From Centroscyllium fabricii (taxonomy: Eukaryota): a stretch of 64,000 nt of DNA. The notes beneath the pieces are model-generated. The model saw only the letters and a program-made list of their open reading frames with translations, was not told the DNA's origin and ran no database searches. Positions within the stretch are counted from its first letter, which is position 1; each line of letters starts with the position of its first letter. The stretch lies in contig JBNRSN020000006.1 in assembly GCA_051313645.2 (NCBI GenBank), positions 168,640,001-168,704,000 of the forward strand, read 5' to 3'. Made by a program: the position numbers and the translations under genes. Below, piece by piece: positions 27,530-40,795 of the stretch.

Positions 27530-28241
27530 GGCCCAGATTTCCCTGTCAAACTAAGTGAGGCTAAATGCGCTCACAGTTATTTATGCAAAAATGGTACAGC
27601 AACTTCAGGCGAGGTTAAACTCAAACATCCAAAAGCTGCTGTCAGATTTGTGCCGCTCCGCTATTAGTTTCACAAAAATGGCATCTCGCTGTCTGGCTCA
27701 CCATTGAAATGCACTGAACGGCGTGAAGTTGCTGTATTTACAAGGTAGATATGAACTAAACTCGCCATAGAAACTCAAGTCTCGTCTATTCCGGTCTAAG
27801 TATCCTTTTAAGGGTGTGATAAGTGTTAATTACTGCCAAACAACCTCTCTGGCACTGAAAATTAACTAATACAAATGTGGAGTCTCATTCCTTCAGGTTT
27901 TAATTGTTGTTGGAGATATTAAAATTGCAATTTAAAAAATAATTCCTCTTTTTTCTTTAATTCAATCTTTCTTTACCTCTTTCTATACCTGATTTGACAT
28001 TGAATTCACCCACTCTTTTACACTTCCTTCCCAGCCCTTGTGCTGTTAATTTCACAATCCTTCAATCTGATTTGTTAAAGGAGACACACAGTTGCTTTCG
28101 CTGCTCACTCAGGTCCCAGGTGCCCAGTTTCCCCTTGCTGTGATGCACCAGCTCACATTTGTTTAAAAACCTAAACATGCAAGGGCAAGTCTAACGAACC
28201 GCAGACACCATTAGATTTCCTGCTACAGCAAAATTTGGCCC
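27530..28241. mobile_element. Non-autonomous DNA transposon (MITE)
   Basis: Imperfect inverted termini GGCCCAGATTT ... AAATTTGGCCC; interrupts a degenerate Penelope-type hairpin repeat. Confidence 0.5.
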
Positions 28242-28853
28242 ATTATGTTTCACTTTCGGATATCAATTGACTTTCTACGCATTGTCTGCAATTTTCTGTG
28301 TTTTTATTGAAAGTAAAGTTTACATAATTTCTTGGTTGCTAACACTTTGTATATTACATGATACTTCCAGATACACAGAATGAGGAACTTGCAGCATTTA
28401 TTAGCAAAGTATTAGAGGTTGACAATGTCAGAACATTTCTTGATACAATAGGGGCTCAGATGGTGAGGCTTCGGCACCTTGCTGAATATCAGATGAGGCT
28501 AGGATTTATGCAGTGTGTACTGTCTGATACTGATACAGGCAGAGGAGAGCTGGGGTCGAGGAAACAGATGGGATCTAGTTAACAGATAGCCAACAAAACT
28601 GACAACCAAAGTAACACCAGCAGAAAGTGCCTAACAAGCTGTGAACAGCCAGAAATGTACAGACACCAACAACGATACTGGCAAGCTGGCTTTTGGAAAC
28701 AGTCAGGCAGTAAAAGCTTGAGAACACAAAATATTCACTAGGTCCACCTGCAGAGATTAAAGAAATATTCGTGTGAAAGACACGCATATCTGGTCCACAT
28801 CATATGGGGATGCTATTACACCCTCGGCTATGGTACCATACACATATAGTGTA

Positions 28854-29177
28854 CAGGAAACTCCTTTTTATCCGGCACCAATGGGGCCGGCTTATCAAAA
28901 AGTCCTGATTACAGAGCGGTATAGTAAAAAGTACGAGAACCCTGTACACAACAACAAATCCAGGCATCCCTGTTGCTTAGCAACAGGTGCAGGAACCCCG
29001 GCCACAAGATCAGGCGTACCTGTTGCTTAGCAACAGGTGCAGGAACATCGGTTCCACAGCCACAGATCCAGGAATGGCCACTAATATGAAGTAAAACTTA
29101 CCTGAACCCACTCCTGAATTTTGCTGGTTAACAGAGATTTCCGGTTATTTAGGTGTCGGTAAATCAAGAGTTTCCTG
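28854..29177. mobile_element. Tc1/mariner-type MITE
   Basis: TA|CAGGAAACTC ... GAGTTTCCTG termini; internal 50-bp duplication. Confidence 0.65.
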
Positions 29178-29357
29178 TGGTATGAATTAAATCCCATAAA
29201 AATAAGATGCTCAGACCACTTAAGGAACTGAACCCTAGAGGGTATCTACAGCAATTTCTGGCAGCTACCTGCGATACAGAGCTACACTGGTGATGAGGGC
29301 GATTTAAAATGGTTAAGATTTAACAGTAAACAGAACAATATTATCAAAAAAAATTCA

Positions 29358-30450
29358 ACAACTTGTATTTATATAGCACCTTTAACGCAGTAAAATGTCC
29401 CAAGACGCTTCACAGGAGTGTTATAAAACAAAACAATTGGACACCAAGTCACGTAAGGAGAATTTAGGGCAGGTGACCAAAAGATTGGTCAAAAGGTAGG
29501 TTTTAAGGAGAGTCTTAAAGGAGAAAAGAGGGGTAGAATGGCAGAGAAGTTTAGGCACGGAATTCCAGAGCTTAGGGCCTAAACAGAAGGCACAGTCACC
29601 AATGGTTGAGCGATTATAATCAACGATGCTGAATAGGGCAGAATTAGAGGAGCACATATATCTCGGTTGGGGAAGGGGGGGGGGGGCAGCTTGTGGGGCT
29701 GCAGGAGATTACAGAGATAGGGAGGGGCGAGGCCATGGACGGATTTGAAAACAAGAATGAGAATTTTGAAATCGAAGTGTTGCTTAACCGGGAGCCAATG
29801 TAGGTCAGCGACCACAGGGGTGATGAGTGAGCAGGACTTGGTACGAGTTAGGACACGGACAGCAGAGTTTTGGATGACCTCACATTTACGTAGAGTAAAA
29901 CGCAGGAGGCCAGCCAGGAGTGCATTGGAATAGTCAAGTCTAGAGGTAACAAAGGCATGAATGAGGGTAGGGCGGAGACGGGACGATGTTAAGGAAGTGG
30001 AAATAGGTGGTCTTAGTTATGCTGCGGATGTGTGATCGGAAGCTTATTTCAGGGTCAAATATGACACCAAGGTTGCGAACAGTGTGGTTCAGCCTTAGGC
30101 AGAATGTTACGGAGAGTGATGGAGTCAGTTGCTTGGGAACAGAGTTTGTGGCGGGGTCCGAAAACAATGGCTTCGGTCTTCCCAATGTTTAATTGGAGAA
30201 AATGTCTGCTTATCCAGAACTGGATGCCGAACAAGCAGTCTGACAATTTAGGGACCATGGAGGGGTTGAGAGAAGTGGTGGTGAGGTAGAGCTGGGTGTC
30301 GTCAGTGTACATGTGGAAACGGACGCTGTGTTTTCCGATGATGTCGCCGAGGGACAGCATGTAGTGTGAAATAGGAGGGGGCCAAAGATAGATCCTTGGG
30401 GGACACCAGAGGTAACGATGCAGAGTGGGAAGAGAAGCCGTTACAGTGGA
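29358..30450 (-). mobile_element. L2 LINE 3' fragment
   Basis: GVPQGS, HMYTDDTQLY, LQLNIGKTE, VRNLGVIFD and LHWLPV...FKILILVFK motifs. Confidence 0.9.
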
Positions 30451-30899
30451 TTCAGTAAACAGAACAGAATTATCAAAAACAAATTCAAATCAAAAGAGGT
30501 TGCGCACGAGACTGGCAGCCAATAAGAAAGCGAAGATAGCTTCAGCTAAAGGGGCATGAGATTCAGTTAGTGCTGGAGGAAAGGAGATAGGAAGAAGTAC
30601 AAACTCAGGAAGGAGAGGGTCCAACATAAATTCAAGGCCAAGGACACATGGCATGGAGGAGGGTCTGCGCCAGCATGAGGCAGGCGAGTGCGTGGTCATG
30701 CTCTTGAACCGATAGAGAAATGTGCATCAGCAACAAGTCTGGTGATTGAAGCTGCCGAACTCTGGCCAGCCATTTTATTGAATCAAATCTTATTCTAAAT
30801 TTAGTGATGTTGATCATTTTATCTGGGCATGTTCATTGTTAGCCGATATACTAGCACATGGGACAAAAATAAATGGGCCAGCCAATTTGCACTATTTTG

Positions 30900-31150
30900 T
30901 GTCAATCGTGCCTATTGTATGGACTATGATACAATAAAGTGTACTATTCTCAGGCCGTGTGATTTAATGCCTGAAGCATATGGACAGAAATGAGTAAACT
31001 AAAAGAATCCAGATGGCGCTTACAGGGAAATGCTTATCCTATATGAAGATGTGACAGATGCAACGAGATAGCAAAGGTGTAACAGGCTACGAAGGTCTTT
31101 GTCATTTGATGTTATGAGACAGATTTCTGGAGTTAGATCCAGACGATTTA
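30900..31150 (+). mobile_element. Possible Gypsy (SCAN-like gag) remnant
   Basis: DYDTIKCTILRPCDLMPEAYGQK resembles the DY..VK.AIL.AYEL.PEAYRQKF gag motif; degraded. Confidence 0.35.
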
Positions 31151-31591
31151 AAAATCTGATTACTTGAACAGGAGTGTAAAACTTGCAACTGTGCTGACCA
31201 TTTTGTGGCCTCGCGAGCACAAGCAAGCTGTTGTATGGGTGGGAGGCTCGATTCTTCACACCATTCATTCCATTGATGAGCATCTCAATGAGCCAGCTGC
31301 TCAATCTACCCAGGCAAGACCAGAACACAGCAGCCAAGCAGAAGTCAGTAATCGGAAGACAGTCAGACCAGGTGTTTAAAATGCAGGGAGGTAGATTACA
31401 AGGTCAAACACTAGTGGCCTCTTAGAAATCCTGCAATGCAAACCGGGAGGCCATGGCAGCTTGAAGTATGTGATGGCCAGTTGTGTGGTAACCATTGATG
31501 TAGATATGTTGACTCCATAATTTCACCCGGTCGCAGTAAATGGACTGCAAGGGGGTTGACAGATACTGACTGCCCTTTCATGATAGGACTA

Positions 31592-32182
31592 CAGGTTGAG
31601 CACCGTTAATCGGTTACCCGAAAAACCGGCAGATTCAGTCGTCCGGCACAGATTTTCCCGACTGCCCGGCGCATGCGCAGACCATTCAAAATGGCCTCCG
31701 TCAGGGCTGGGCTTCCCTTTCACCTAACAGATACTCACTGGATCCCGGCTTAGTGACCACCCCCATGCCGATGGTGAATCCCAGGCCCAGAAGATAAGCT
31801 GTTGTGCCAGCTGCCTTTCGCAGGACGCGGTACAGCCAAAACTCGGCGCCCGGCTCCCCATCGCTGCCGGAAGCTGGCATGCGGTGGCGTCACGTGAGCC
31901 GGGCTTGATCCGTGCATTGGGCCTCAGGCCCGCTCGAGCCGTGCAGCCCGCTCCCTGATCCGCCATGAGCAGCAGAATAGAGTGCGTCTTGAGTTCCACC
32001 CGACCCTTGGGCCGAACATCACCTTCCCGGTACTGGCGGCGCATGCGCAGAGCATTCAAAATTTCCTGGCGGCCATTTTGAATGCTCTGCGCATGCGCCG
32101 CCAAAGCTTCAATCATTTGGCGTTTTCACAAATTCGGCAGAGTGCTGGTCCCGACCCTGCCCGATTAACGGTGCTCAATCTG
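31592..32182. mobile_element. Tigger/pogo-like MITE (copy 1)
   Basis: TA TSD; TIR CAGGTTGAGCACCGTTAATC / GATTAACGGTGCTCAATCTG. Confidence 0.85.
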
Positions 32183-32634
32183 TATCATTACGTAAACACC
32201 ATCCAGCTGGGGCAGGTTATCTCATCCAGACGGCAAATGAACAGGTACAGGCAACCCTGGAGGAACGTGAAGCAACACCCAGCTGCCACCTGGAGATGAA
32301 ACTGGGAGTACACGGTGGACCAGTCACAGGGGCCTCAGAAAATTCAGAGTTCATCAGCAAACGCAGGCAGAATGGGGGTCACAATATGTGGAACTGTAAT
32401 TGGCATGAGGTCAGAGGCACCAGATGCTGGGGATGTGTCCATGCAGTTCGTGGACTCATTGGGTCTTCAGGAGCAAGCTGCAGGGCTCATACTCTCTGGG
32501 AGGGAGATACGTCACTGCTGAGATCTTTTGATCATTTTGCCACAAACGGCAGTTGCTTCAAATGTTGAGTTTTAAAGCATACTATATCCCTGCAAATAAA
32601 ACAAGGAGGAGTCTTCGACAGTAGGTAGTGAAGA

Positions 32635-33190
32635 TGGCAGCACCACCAATGCTGCCGCCGCAAGATCCTGACAATCCATTGGCAGGATAGGCGCACCAAC
32701 GTCAGTGTATTCGCTCAGGCAAACATCCCCAGCATCGAAGCTTTGACCACGCTCGATCAGCTCCAATGGACGGGTCACACTGTCCACATGCCCGATACGA
32801 GACTCCCAAAACAAGTGCTCTACTCGGAGCTCCGACACGGCAAGAGAGCCCCAGGTGGGCAAAGGAAACGCCTCAAGGACACCCTCAAAGCCTCCTTGGA
32901 AAAAGTGCAACATCCCCCACCGACACCTGGGAATCCCTGGCCCAAGACCGCACAAAATGGAGGAGGAGCATCCAGGAAGGCACCGAACACCTCGAGTCCC
33001 TTCGCTAGGAGCAAGCGGAAGCCAAGCGCAGGCAGCGCACGTCAACCCAAGCACCCCACCTGCCCCTTCAACCACCGTCTGTCCCACCTGTGAGAGACTG
33101 TACGTCCCACATTGGACTCATCAGTCACCTGAGAACTCATTTTTAATGTGGAAGCAAGTCATCCTCGGTTCCGAGGGACTGCCTAAGAAT
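32635..33190 (+). mobile_element. RTE-clade LINE 3' fragment
   Basis: WQDRRTN, QLQWTGH..MPDTRLPKQVLYSEL..GKR..GGQRKRLKDTLK; C-terminal CPTC. Confidence 0.85.
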
Positions 33191-34649
33191 AAGAGTTAAG
33201 ATGATAATGAACTAGCTGTTGTTTCTTCATGGACCTCAAATAAAAAGCAATTTACTGGCTTATATCAGTAATCAATAAACTCCTCACACCCATTCTGTGG
33301 GCAGCCATGAAGAGAGGCATGACCCCCTACAGAGGCAGTCTGGCTTTTGAAGAGAGATGGTGGAAAAGCAGTTAGGCAGGAAAGTGAGAAGGATGGGTTG
33401 GTGAAGTGAGGAGTCAGAAAATGTGTTTCAAGTCAAACAAATGACCCACTGAAGGGGTAGTGTAGTGTTACAAACTAAGATCTAGGTGAGGTATCTACTC
33501 GGGGGTCATTGGTATCATTTCCTCCCTTGGTCTGGTTGCCTGATTTTTAAACAAAAACATAATAGACTCCCACCAGTCCTGTAGCTGCTGGTGTGGTAGC
33601 AGAGGGCACAGAAACTCCGCAGTGAACCTCCCTTGTGATCGGGACTGGATCGCCATTTCTGTAGCACATGTGCTCCTTTAATTTCATTGAAGATGGACTG
33701 GATTAATAATAGGCAAGGTGCCATTTGCTACATCAGTTCTGATGAAAGAAGAACGACCAGAAACTTTGGGGTCGATATCAACATCCCCATAATGGACAGG
33801 AGTTAGTCGAGGTTAAAGTTAAAAACTGGAAAATGCGTCCCCTACCACCATTTATACAGCAACAGTTTGCATGCACTGGTGTGCCCAGTCTTTGAAAGGT
33901 GGGGCACTTCATTATCATTTAATTCAGGCTCCCAGTGTAGTTGGGAGCCAGATTTAAATTTAACACAGCAGCGAAATAGAGACAGGAGAGAGATGTACAA
34001 CAGAGCCATAGTACGTACTGTGCTCTCCCTGGCCCTTCAAGGAAGCCTTCAGCCTCGGTCTGCGAATCATGGCCTCCCCACGCTGGCGCAATCAGCCAAC
34101 CCCCCAATCTTGAACCTCCTGCTTCACGATGGGCAAATGCCACTCCCTTTCCAAGCCCCGATCTTTCCCTCCCTCCTTCCCAATTACCAGGCTTCAAACC
34201 CTGCTCCCACCCACCAAGCCCTAATTTTTCCCTCCTGATTGCCAAGCTTCAACCCCCACCCTCGCCCCCAAATCTTTCCCTTCCTCCCTCCAAATTGTCA
34301 GGCTCTGACCCACCTGACCTTTCCGATTGCCGGGGCCTGTCCCTAGCTGCGGCCAGCCTGTCAATTAGGTTGGCTGCCGCGTAGGAAACTGATTTTTTAA
34401 AGTAATACAGCCCTGCAGTTAAATTCAGCAGGACCTCAATGTCGCCAAGATTTCTGGGTTCCCCGCTCCCTCCCCGCCAATATCAGGCCTGGTAGCTCAA
34501 TTTCACTCTTCACAGATGCTGCCTAACCTGCTGAGTGTTTCCAGCATTTTTCATTTTTATTGCCATCTGGTACAGTTCATTTTCAGCTTTATTTCACAGT
34601 AGACAAAATCTACAGAACATCATGCACGATGAGACACTTGTTTTAAATT

Positions 34650-36170
34650 TGTTTATTGGGATGTGGGCATCACTGGCATTGCCCATCCCTAATTGCCCTC
34701 GGTAAGGTGGTGGTGAGCTGCCTTCTTAAACTGCTGCAGTCCGTGTGGTGATGGCACTCCCACAGTGCTTTTAGGGAGGGAGTGCCAGGATTTTGACCCA
34801 GTGACGATGAAGGATCGGCGATATATTTCTGTCAGGATGGTGTGAGAGGGGAACTTGGAGGTGGTGTTTTTCCCATGCGCCTGCTAGGTGGAAGAGGTCG
34901 TAGGTTTGGGAGGTGCTGCAGAAGAAGCTCCTTGGCGAGTTGCTACAGTGCCTCTTGTAGATGGTACACACTGTAGTCACGGTACGCCAGTGGTGGAGGG
35001 AGTGCATGTTTAAGGTGGTGGATGGGGTGCCAATCAAGCGGGCTGCTTTGTCCTGGATGGTGTCAAGCTTCGAGTGTTGTTGGACCTGCACTCATCCAGG
35101 CAACTGGAGAACATTCCATCACACTCCCTACTTCACTCACGACTGTGCGGCTGTCCATGGCTTCAACACGATCAAGTTTGCGGACGACACCACGGTGGTT
35201 GGCCAGATCACCAACAACGATGAGTCAGCCTACAGGGATGAGATCCAGCGCCTTGTGGGATGGTGTGCCTACAACAACCTGGCACTGAACACCAAGAAAA
35301 CTAAGGAGATCATAGTGGACTTCCGGAGGACTGAAAGCAGAAGACACACCCCCATCTTCATCCAAGGGGCTGAGGTGGAAAGGGTGTCCAGCTTCAAGTT
35401 CCTTGGGGTCCACATCTCAGAAGACCTCTCCTGGTCACTAAACAACTACTCTCTGGTTAAGAAGGCCCAACAGCGCCTGTACTTCCTAAGGAAGCTGAAA
35501 AAAGCCAGGCTGTCATCCGGCATCCTCTCCAACTTCTACCGCTGCACAATCGAAAGCATACTGACAAGCTGCATCACAGTCTGGTATGGAAATTGCACCA
35601 TCTCGGACCGGAAGGCCCTGCAGCGGGTAGTCAAAACTGCCCAACGAATCACCGGTACCCAGCTACCGTCAATTGAAAGCATCTACCTCAAACGCTACCT
35701 ACGGAGGTCTCTGAACATTATTAAAGACCCCACACACCCCAGCCAGTCTGTTCGCCCCCCTGCCCTCCGGGAGACGCTACAGATCTATTCGCACCCGCAC
35801 GACTAGATTTAAGAACAGCTTCTTCCCCAGGGCTGTCAGCCTCCTGAACTCTTTAAAAAAAAAACCTCCGGTACCTGCACGCCTGATAATGTACTTTACT
35901 GTATGCAATTGTATGTAAATTATTTGCACTACTCTCGGGAGCGGCGAGTCTTCGTCTCGTTGTATTGTACTAGTACTCTGCAATGACAATAAAACTTGAA
36001 TTGAATTGAATTGTGCCTTGTAGATGGTGGAAAGGCTTTGGGGAGTCAGGAGGTGAGACACCACAGAATACCTAACCTCTGACCTGCTCTTGTTGCCACA
36101 GGATTTATGCAGCTGGTCCAGTTAAGTTTCTGGTCAATGGTGACTCCTGGGATGTTGATGGTGGGGATTA
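34650..36170 (-). mobile_element. LINE 3' fragment (same family as 3705-6478) interrupted by a Rex1 element
   Basis: Reverse complement of the 5840-6470 region (KLDTIQDKAARLIGTP). Confidence 0.8.
35130..36014 (+). mobile_element. Rex1/Babar LINE 3' fragment
   Basis: FTHDC, KFADDTTVVG.ITNNDESAYR, KKAQQRLYFLRKL, FYRCTIESILT; AATAAA followed by a (TTGAA)n tail. Confidence 0.88.
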
Positions 36171-36759
36171 ATACAATCAGTAATTCTATGTAATATCGCT
36201 TCAGTTTGCAGAGTATTACAAAATAAATGTATACATGTATACCAGCCTACTTTGGTTGGCCCATTTAATTAACTACAGGAAAGAGGAAGATAAACTGGGT
36301 AACTAGGCATATGACAGTTGCTTCACCGTAAACATTTAAAAGTATTTGTTCTGATTTATTGATTATATTTTTCTAGTTACAGAAGCCATGTACTATAAAG
36401 TATTAACCAGACCTGTAAATTTAGCAATAGGATCTGTATACGCCCAAAATGTTTAAACCCATACGTTCCAAAAGGTTTTGAACCTATTTCAACACTAAAT
36501 ACAATAATCCTAAAGAATGACTTGTACAAGTTTTTTTTCGATTGGCTCATCAGTTTTGAATTTTAGACTAATCAAAATTAATCCAGCAGTTTTGATACTT
36601 GTACTAAAAAAAAGTCTGTACGCAGCCAAAACTAAAATAAACCCAGCAAAATGCACAATAACAAATAAACCTTAAAACATCTGAACAGTAATGTTTCCTG
36701 TTTTACACCAATTACAGAGCAACTGGGGTACTATAATACCAATTATGTGGGCATGAAAG

Positions 36760-37808
36760 CAGAGCTAGCTAAAGTGATTAAGGGATAGGTCAATAGAGTT
36801 GCAGTGGCAGACATTTAAGGGGATATTTCAAAATACACAGAATATATACATTCCAACAAGAAAGAAAAAATACAAGGGAGGACCCATCATCCATGGTTAA
36901 CTAAAAAAGTTAAGATAGCATCAAACTTAAAGAAAAAGCACATCATTGCACAAAGATGGGTGGCAGGTCAGAAGATTGCACAGAATATAAAAAACAGCAA
37001 GAATGACTAAAAGATTAATAAAGGAGAGAAAAATTAGAGTACGTGAGAAAGCGAGCTAGAAATATAAAAGTATATACAAGTTGAGCACCGTTAATCCGGA
37101 CACTGTTAGTCCGGCAACTTCAATCGTCCGGAACTAATCCGGCCGACTGGTGTGCGCATGCGCAAATGGTCTGTGCATGCGCAAAATGGCCGCCGCGCTT
37201 GCGGGCCACTCCCTGACTAGTCTGCACATGCGTGAAATGGCCACCGCACTTGGCTGCGCACGCCCAGGCCTCCCCGAACGATTGATGCTTCGGCGAGCTC
37301 AGACCACTCAAAATGGCCACCGGCCTTTCACGGCAGCCATTTTGAATGGTCCCGAATGATTGATGCTTCGCCGAGCGCATGCGCAGACCATTCAAAATGG
37401 CCACGCATGCACTCGCCAAAGCTTCACTCGTTCGGCTTTTTCAGTAATCCGGCACGGGTCTGGTCCCGACCGTGCCGGATTAACGGTGCTCAACCTGTAG
37501 TAAGTTTCTATAGATATTTTTAAAAGAGTTAACAAAGTGAGCGTTGGTCCTATAGAAAGTGAGTCTGGGGAATTAATAATGGAAAATAAGGAGATGGCAG
37601 TTGAATCTAACAGGTAATTTTGCATCGGTCTTCACTATAGAGGATACAAGTAACATACCAGAAATAGCTGTAAATCAGGAAATGGAAGGAACTCAAGAAA
37701 ATTATAATCACCAGGGAAGTGGTACTGAGCTGCGGGCTGACAAGTCACCGGGTCCTGATGGGCTTCATCCTAGGGCCTTAAAAGAAGTGGCTAGTGAGAT
37801 AGTTGATG
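36760..37808 (+). mobile_element. CR1 LINE internal fragment
   Basis: PWLTK, FASVFT.ED and KSPGPDGLHPR.LKE motifs; interrupted by a MITE. Confidence 0.8.
37077..37497. mobile_element. Tigger/pogo-like MITE (copy 2)
   Basis: TA TSD; TIR CAAGTTGAGCACCGTTAATCCGG / CCGGATTAACGGTGCTCAACCTG. Confidence 0.85.
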
Positions 37809-39511
37809 GACCGACCTCTACCAAGCGGAAGCTGAACGCCAACTCTCCGACACCTCCTCCTACCTCCACCTGGACCATAACCCACTACTGAACATCAATC
37901 CACCGTTTCCAAGACTGTCACAGACTTATCTCCTCTGGAGATCTTCCCCACGACCACCAACCTCATAGTTCCCCAACCCCGCACAGCCCGCTTCTACCTC
38001 CTTCCTAAGATCCACAAACAAGACTGCTCTGGTAGACCCATCGTTTCAGTCTGTTCTTGCCCCACGGAACTTAGCTCTTCCTATCTCGACTCTATTTTTT
38101 CTTCCCTTGTCCAGTCTCTTCCCACCTATATCCGCGACTCTTCCGACGCCCTCCGTCACCAGTTTCTCGTCCCCAACCGCCTCCTTTTCACTATGGATGT
38201 ACAATCCCTCTACACCTCCATCCCCCACCAGGATGGCCTGAGGGCGCTCCGCTTCTTCCTTGAACAGAGGCCCGACCAGTCCCCATCCACCACCACCCTC
38301 CTCCGCCTGGCTGAACTTGTTCTCACATTGAACAACTTCTCCTTTGACTCCACTCATTTCCTCCAAATCAAAGGTGTTGCTATGAGTACCCGCATGGGTC
38401 CTAGCTATGGTTGTCTTTTCGTGAGATATGTGGAACACTTTGTTCCAGTCCTACTCGGGTCCCCTACCTCGCCTCTTTTTCCAGTACATTGATGACTGTA
38501 TCGGTGCCGTCTCCTGCTCTCGCCCTGAAATCGAAAATTTAATTCACTTTGCTTCCAATTTCCACCCTTCACTCGGTCCATCTCCGACTCTTCCCTTCCT
38601 CGACGTCTCCATCTCCATCTCCATCTCCATCTCCATCTCCATCTCCATCTCCATCTCCATCTCTGGGGATAGGTTGTTGACCAACATTCACTACAAGCCC
38701 ACTGACTCCCACAGCTACCTGGGCTACACTTCCACCCACCCCGCCACCTGTAAGGACTCCATTCCATTCTCCCAGTTCCTCCGTCTCCGCCGCATCTGCT
38801 CTGATGATCCCACCTTCCATACCAGTGCTTCCGACATGTCTTCCTTTTTCCTCAACCGAGGATTCCCCTCTACTGTGGTTGACACAGCCCCCTACCGTGT
38901 CCGTTCTACCTCTCGCACTTCTGCCCTCACCCCTGCCCCTCCCTCCCGGAACCACGATAGGGTTCCCCTTGTCCTCACCTATCACCCCACCAGCCTCCAC
39001 ATTCAACGGATCATCCTCCACCATTTCCGCCACCTCCAGCGTGATCCCACCACCAAATGCATCTTCCCATCACCTCCCCTTCCCGCATTCCGTAGGGACC
39101 GCTCCCTCCGCCACACCCTAGTCCACTCCTCTACCACCCCCAGCACACCTTCCCCTTCGCCCGGCACCTTCTCATGTAAGTGCAGGAGATGCAACACTTG
39201 CCCTTATGCCCTTCTCACTGTCCAGGGCCCCAAACACCCCTTCCAGGTGAAACAGCGATTTACGTGTACTTCCTGCAATTTAGTATACTGTATTCGCTGC
39301 TCACGATGTGGTCTCCTATACATTGGGGAGACCAAACGCAGATTGGGTGACCACTTTGCGGAACACCTCTGTTCAGTCCGTAAGGGGAACACCGAGCTCC
39401 CGGTGGCCTGTCACTTTAATTCTCCATTCCACTCCCATTCACACCTCACTGTCTGTGGCCGGTTGCATTGTTCCACGGAAACTCAGCGTAAACTCAAGGA
39501 ACAGCACCTCA
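37809..39511 (+). mobile_element. Penelope-like element (RT + GIY-YIG endonuclease), resuming at ~47697-47760
   Basis: LPKIHK, MDVQSLYTSIPH, GVAM, QYIDD, YKPTD, LVYCIRC..CGLLYIGET; the C-terminus (FHLGT.QP.GL...FNNF) lies after the SINE/ERV insertion. Confidence 0.9.
38605..38664 (+). repeat. (ATCTCC)n hexamer microsatellite inside the Penelope RT
   Basis: 8 perfect units 38611-38658 plus variant flanking units; encodes an in-frame (IS)n tract. Confidence 0.95.
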
Positions 39512-39761
39512 TAGAAACATAGAAGATAGGAGCAGGAGTAGGCCATTCAGCCATTCGAGCCTGCTCCGCCATTCAATGAGATCATGGCTGATCATCCAAA
39601 CCCAATACCCCACCCCTACCCTCTCCCCATAATCCCTATCGAGCCTGCACGGACACATATTCCCACCCTATCCCTGTAACCCCACATATTTAATCCCCCT
39701 AACACTAAGGGTCAATTTATCATGGCCAATCAACCTAATCCGCGCATCTTTGGACTGTGGG

Positions 39762-40774
39762 TGAGGAAATATACTTTGAACGGACACTCATTTTGGACAC
39801 TTGTCTATGAAACATGGCAACCATGTTTGGTTTCAGCCCGACTCTGAAGGGTTAAATAGTCTTGCTTTTAAATAAAAACTGTGCCTTTTCTATGTGAAAA
39901 GCAGTATTTGAAATACTGTGGAATGTTTAGAAAAGCAACCCAGTCAACCACGCATCTAGCCCCATACTTCTATCTTGATAAGATAACCTTTTGCTGTGAT
40001 CTCTTCAGGGCAGAGAGACATTACTTTGTGAAGGTATCATTTTACCCCTGAAAACTATAAGCCGTTTGTTTTTCTGAGAGAAATAATCAATCTTGTTGGG
40101 ATATAAAAACAAGTGGAGAATCTACTTTGCTTTTCTATGATAAGCAATAGATTAGTTCCAACCCTACAAAAATATCTCGTAAGCAATAGATCAGTTCAAA
40201 CCAATACCCAAAATATCTCAGTACTGATAACTGATAACCTGGTTGCACTAAAAGGTCAGTTAGAATATTTGAATTCTGCCTTTCTCGAAAGAAGCAGTAA
40301 ATTAGTTTGATACCAAAAACAACTTCTAAGGAACTTCTAAGACTTACATTTAAGCAGTAAAATATTTTCAGCAATAAATTAGTTTTGGTAATAAATTGGT
40401 ACCAAAACATCTCTCTGACCTATCTGATCTTTCTTTGATGTACGCATATGCGAGCCATTTGGAGGTTGTTATGTTTGATCGTGATATATTGAGAATTGAT
40501 CAGCCCATGTTTTTAATGCCCTTTTTACTGTATATAAGTCGCTCTGAAACCTAGCCAAGTCAGTGAATCTTCCGGAGGGAAGATTGACTCCTTGGGCTAA
40601 CATATGTGACCATTAGAAGTTGTGATCAGACTTGGTCGACTTTCTGTTGAGACCCTGGTATAATAAAGAAGGGTTTTTGTTTGTATCTAACTGTGTTGTG
40701 TTTTCTTACTGCTGACAAACTCGACAATTACCAGCGAGGGTACGGAAGACTCTATAGAAAGGGTCAGCTCGACA
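39762..40774 (+). repeat. ERV 5' LTR
   Basis: 1013 bp; TATATAAG at 40531-40538; AATAAA at 40662-40667; ~39-bp U3 direct repeat at 40141-40219; several GATAA motifs. Confidence 0.97.
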
Positions 40775-40777
40775 TTT

Positions 40778-40795
40778 TGGTGGCAGCGGTGGGAT
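40778..40795 (+). promoter_or_regulatory. Primer-binding site, tRNA-Leu
   Basis: TGGTGGCAGCGGTGGGAT(TC), 3 nt after the LTR; complementary to the 3' end of vertebrate tRNA-Leu(AAG/TAG) (...GAATCCCACCGCTGCCA-CCA, recalled). Confidence 0.88.

Noticed and set aside
38405-39033. Poly-WR and poly-DG ORFs on the minus strand
   Set aside because: Antisense translations of the (ATCTCC)n microsatellite in the Penelope element.
40113-40410. ORFs duplicated at 46884-47181
   Set aside because: Identical only because they lie within the two LTRs; non-ATG or antisense with no protein features.
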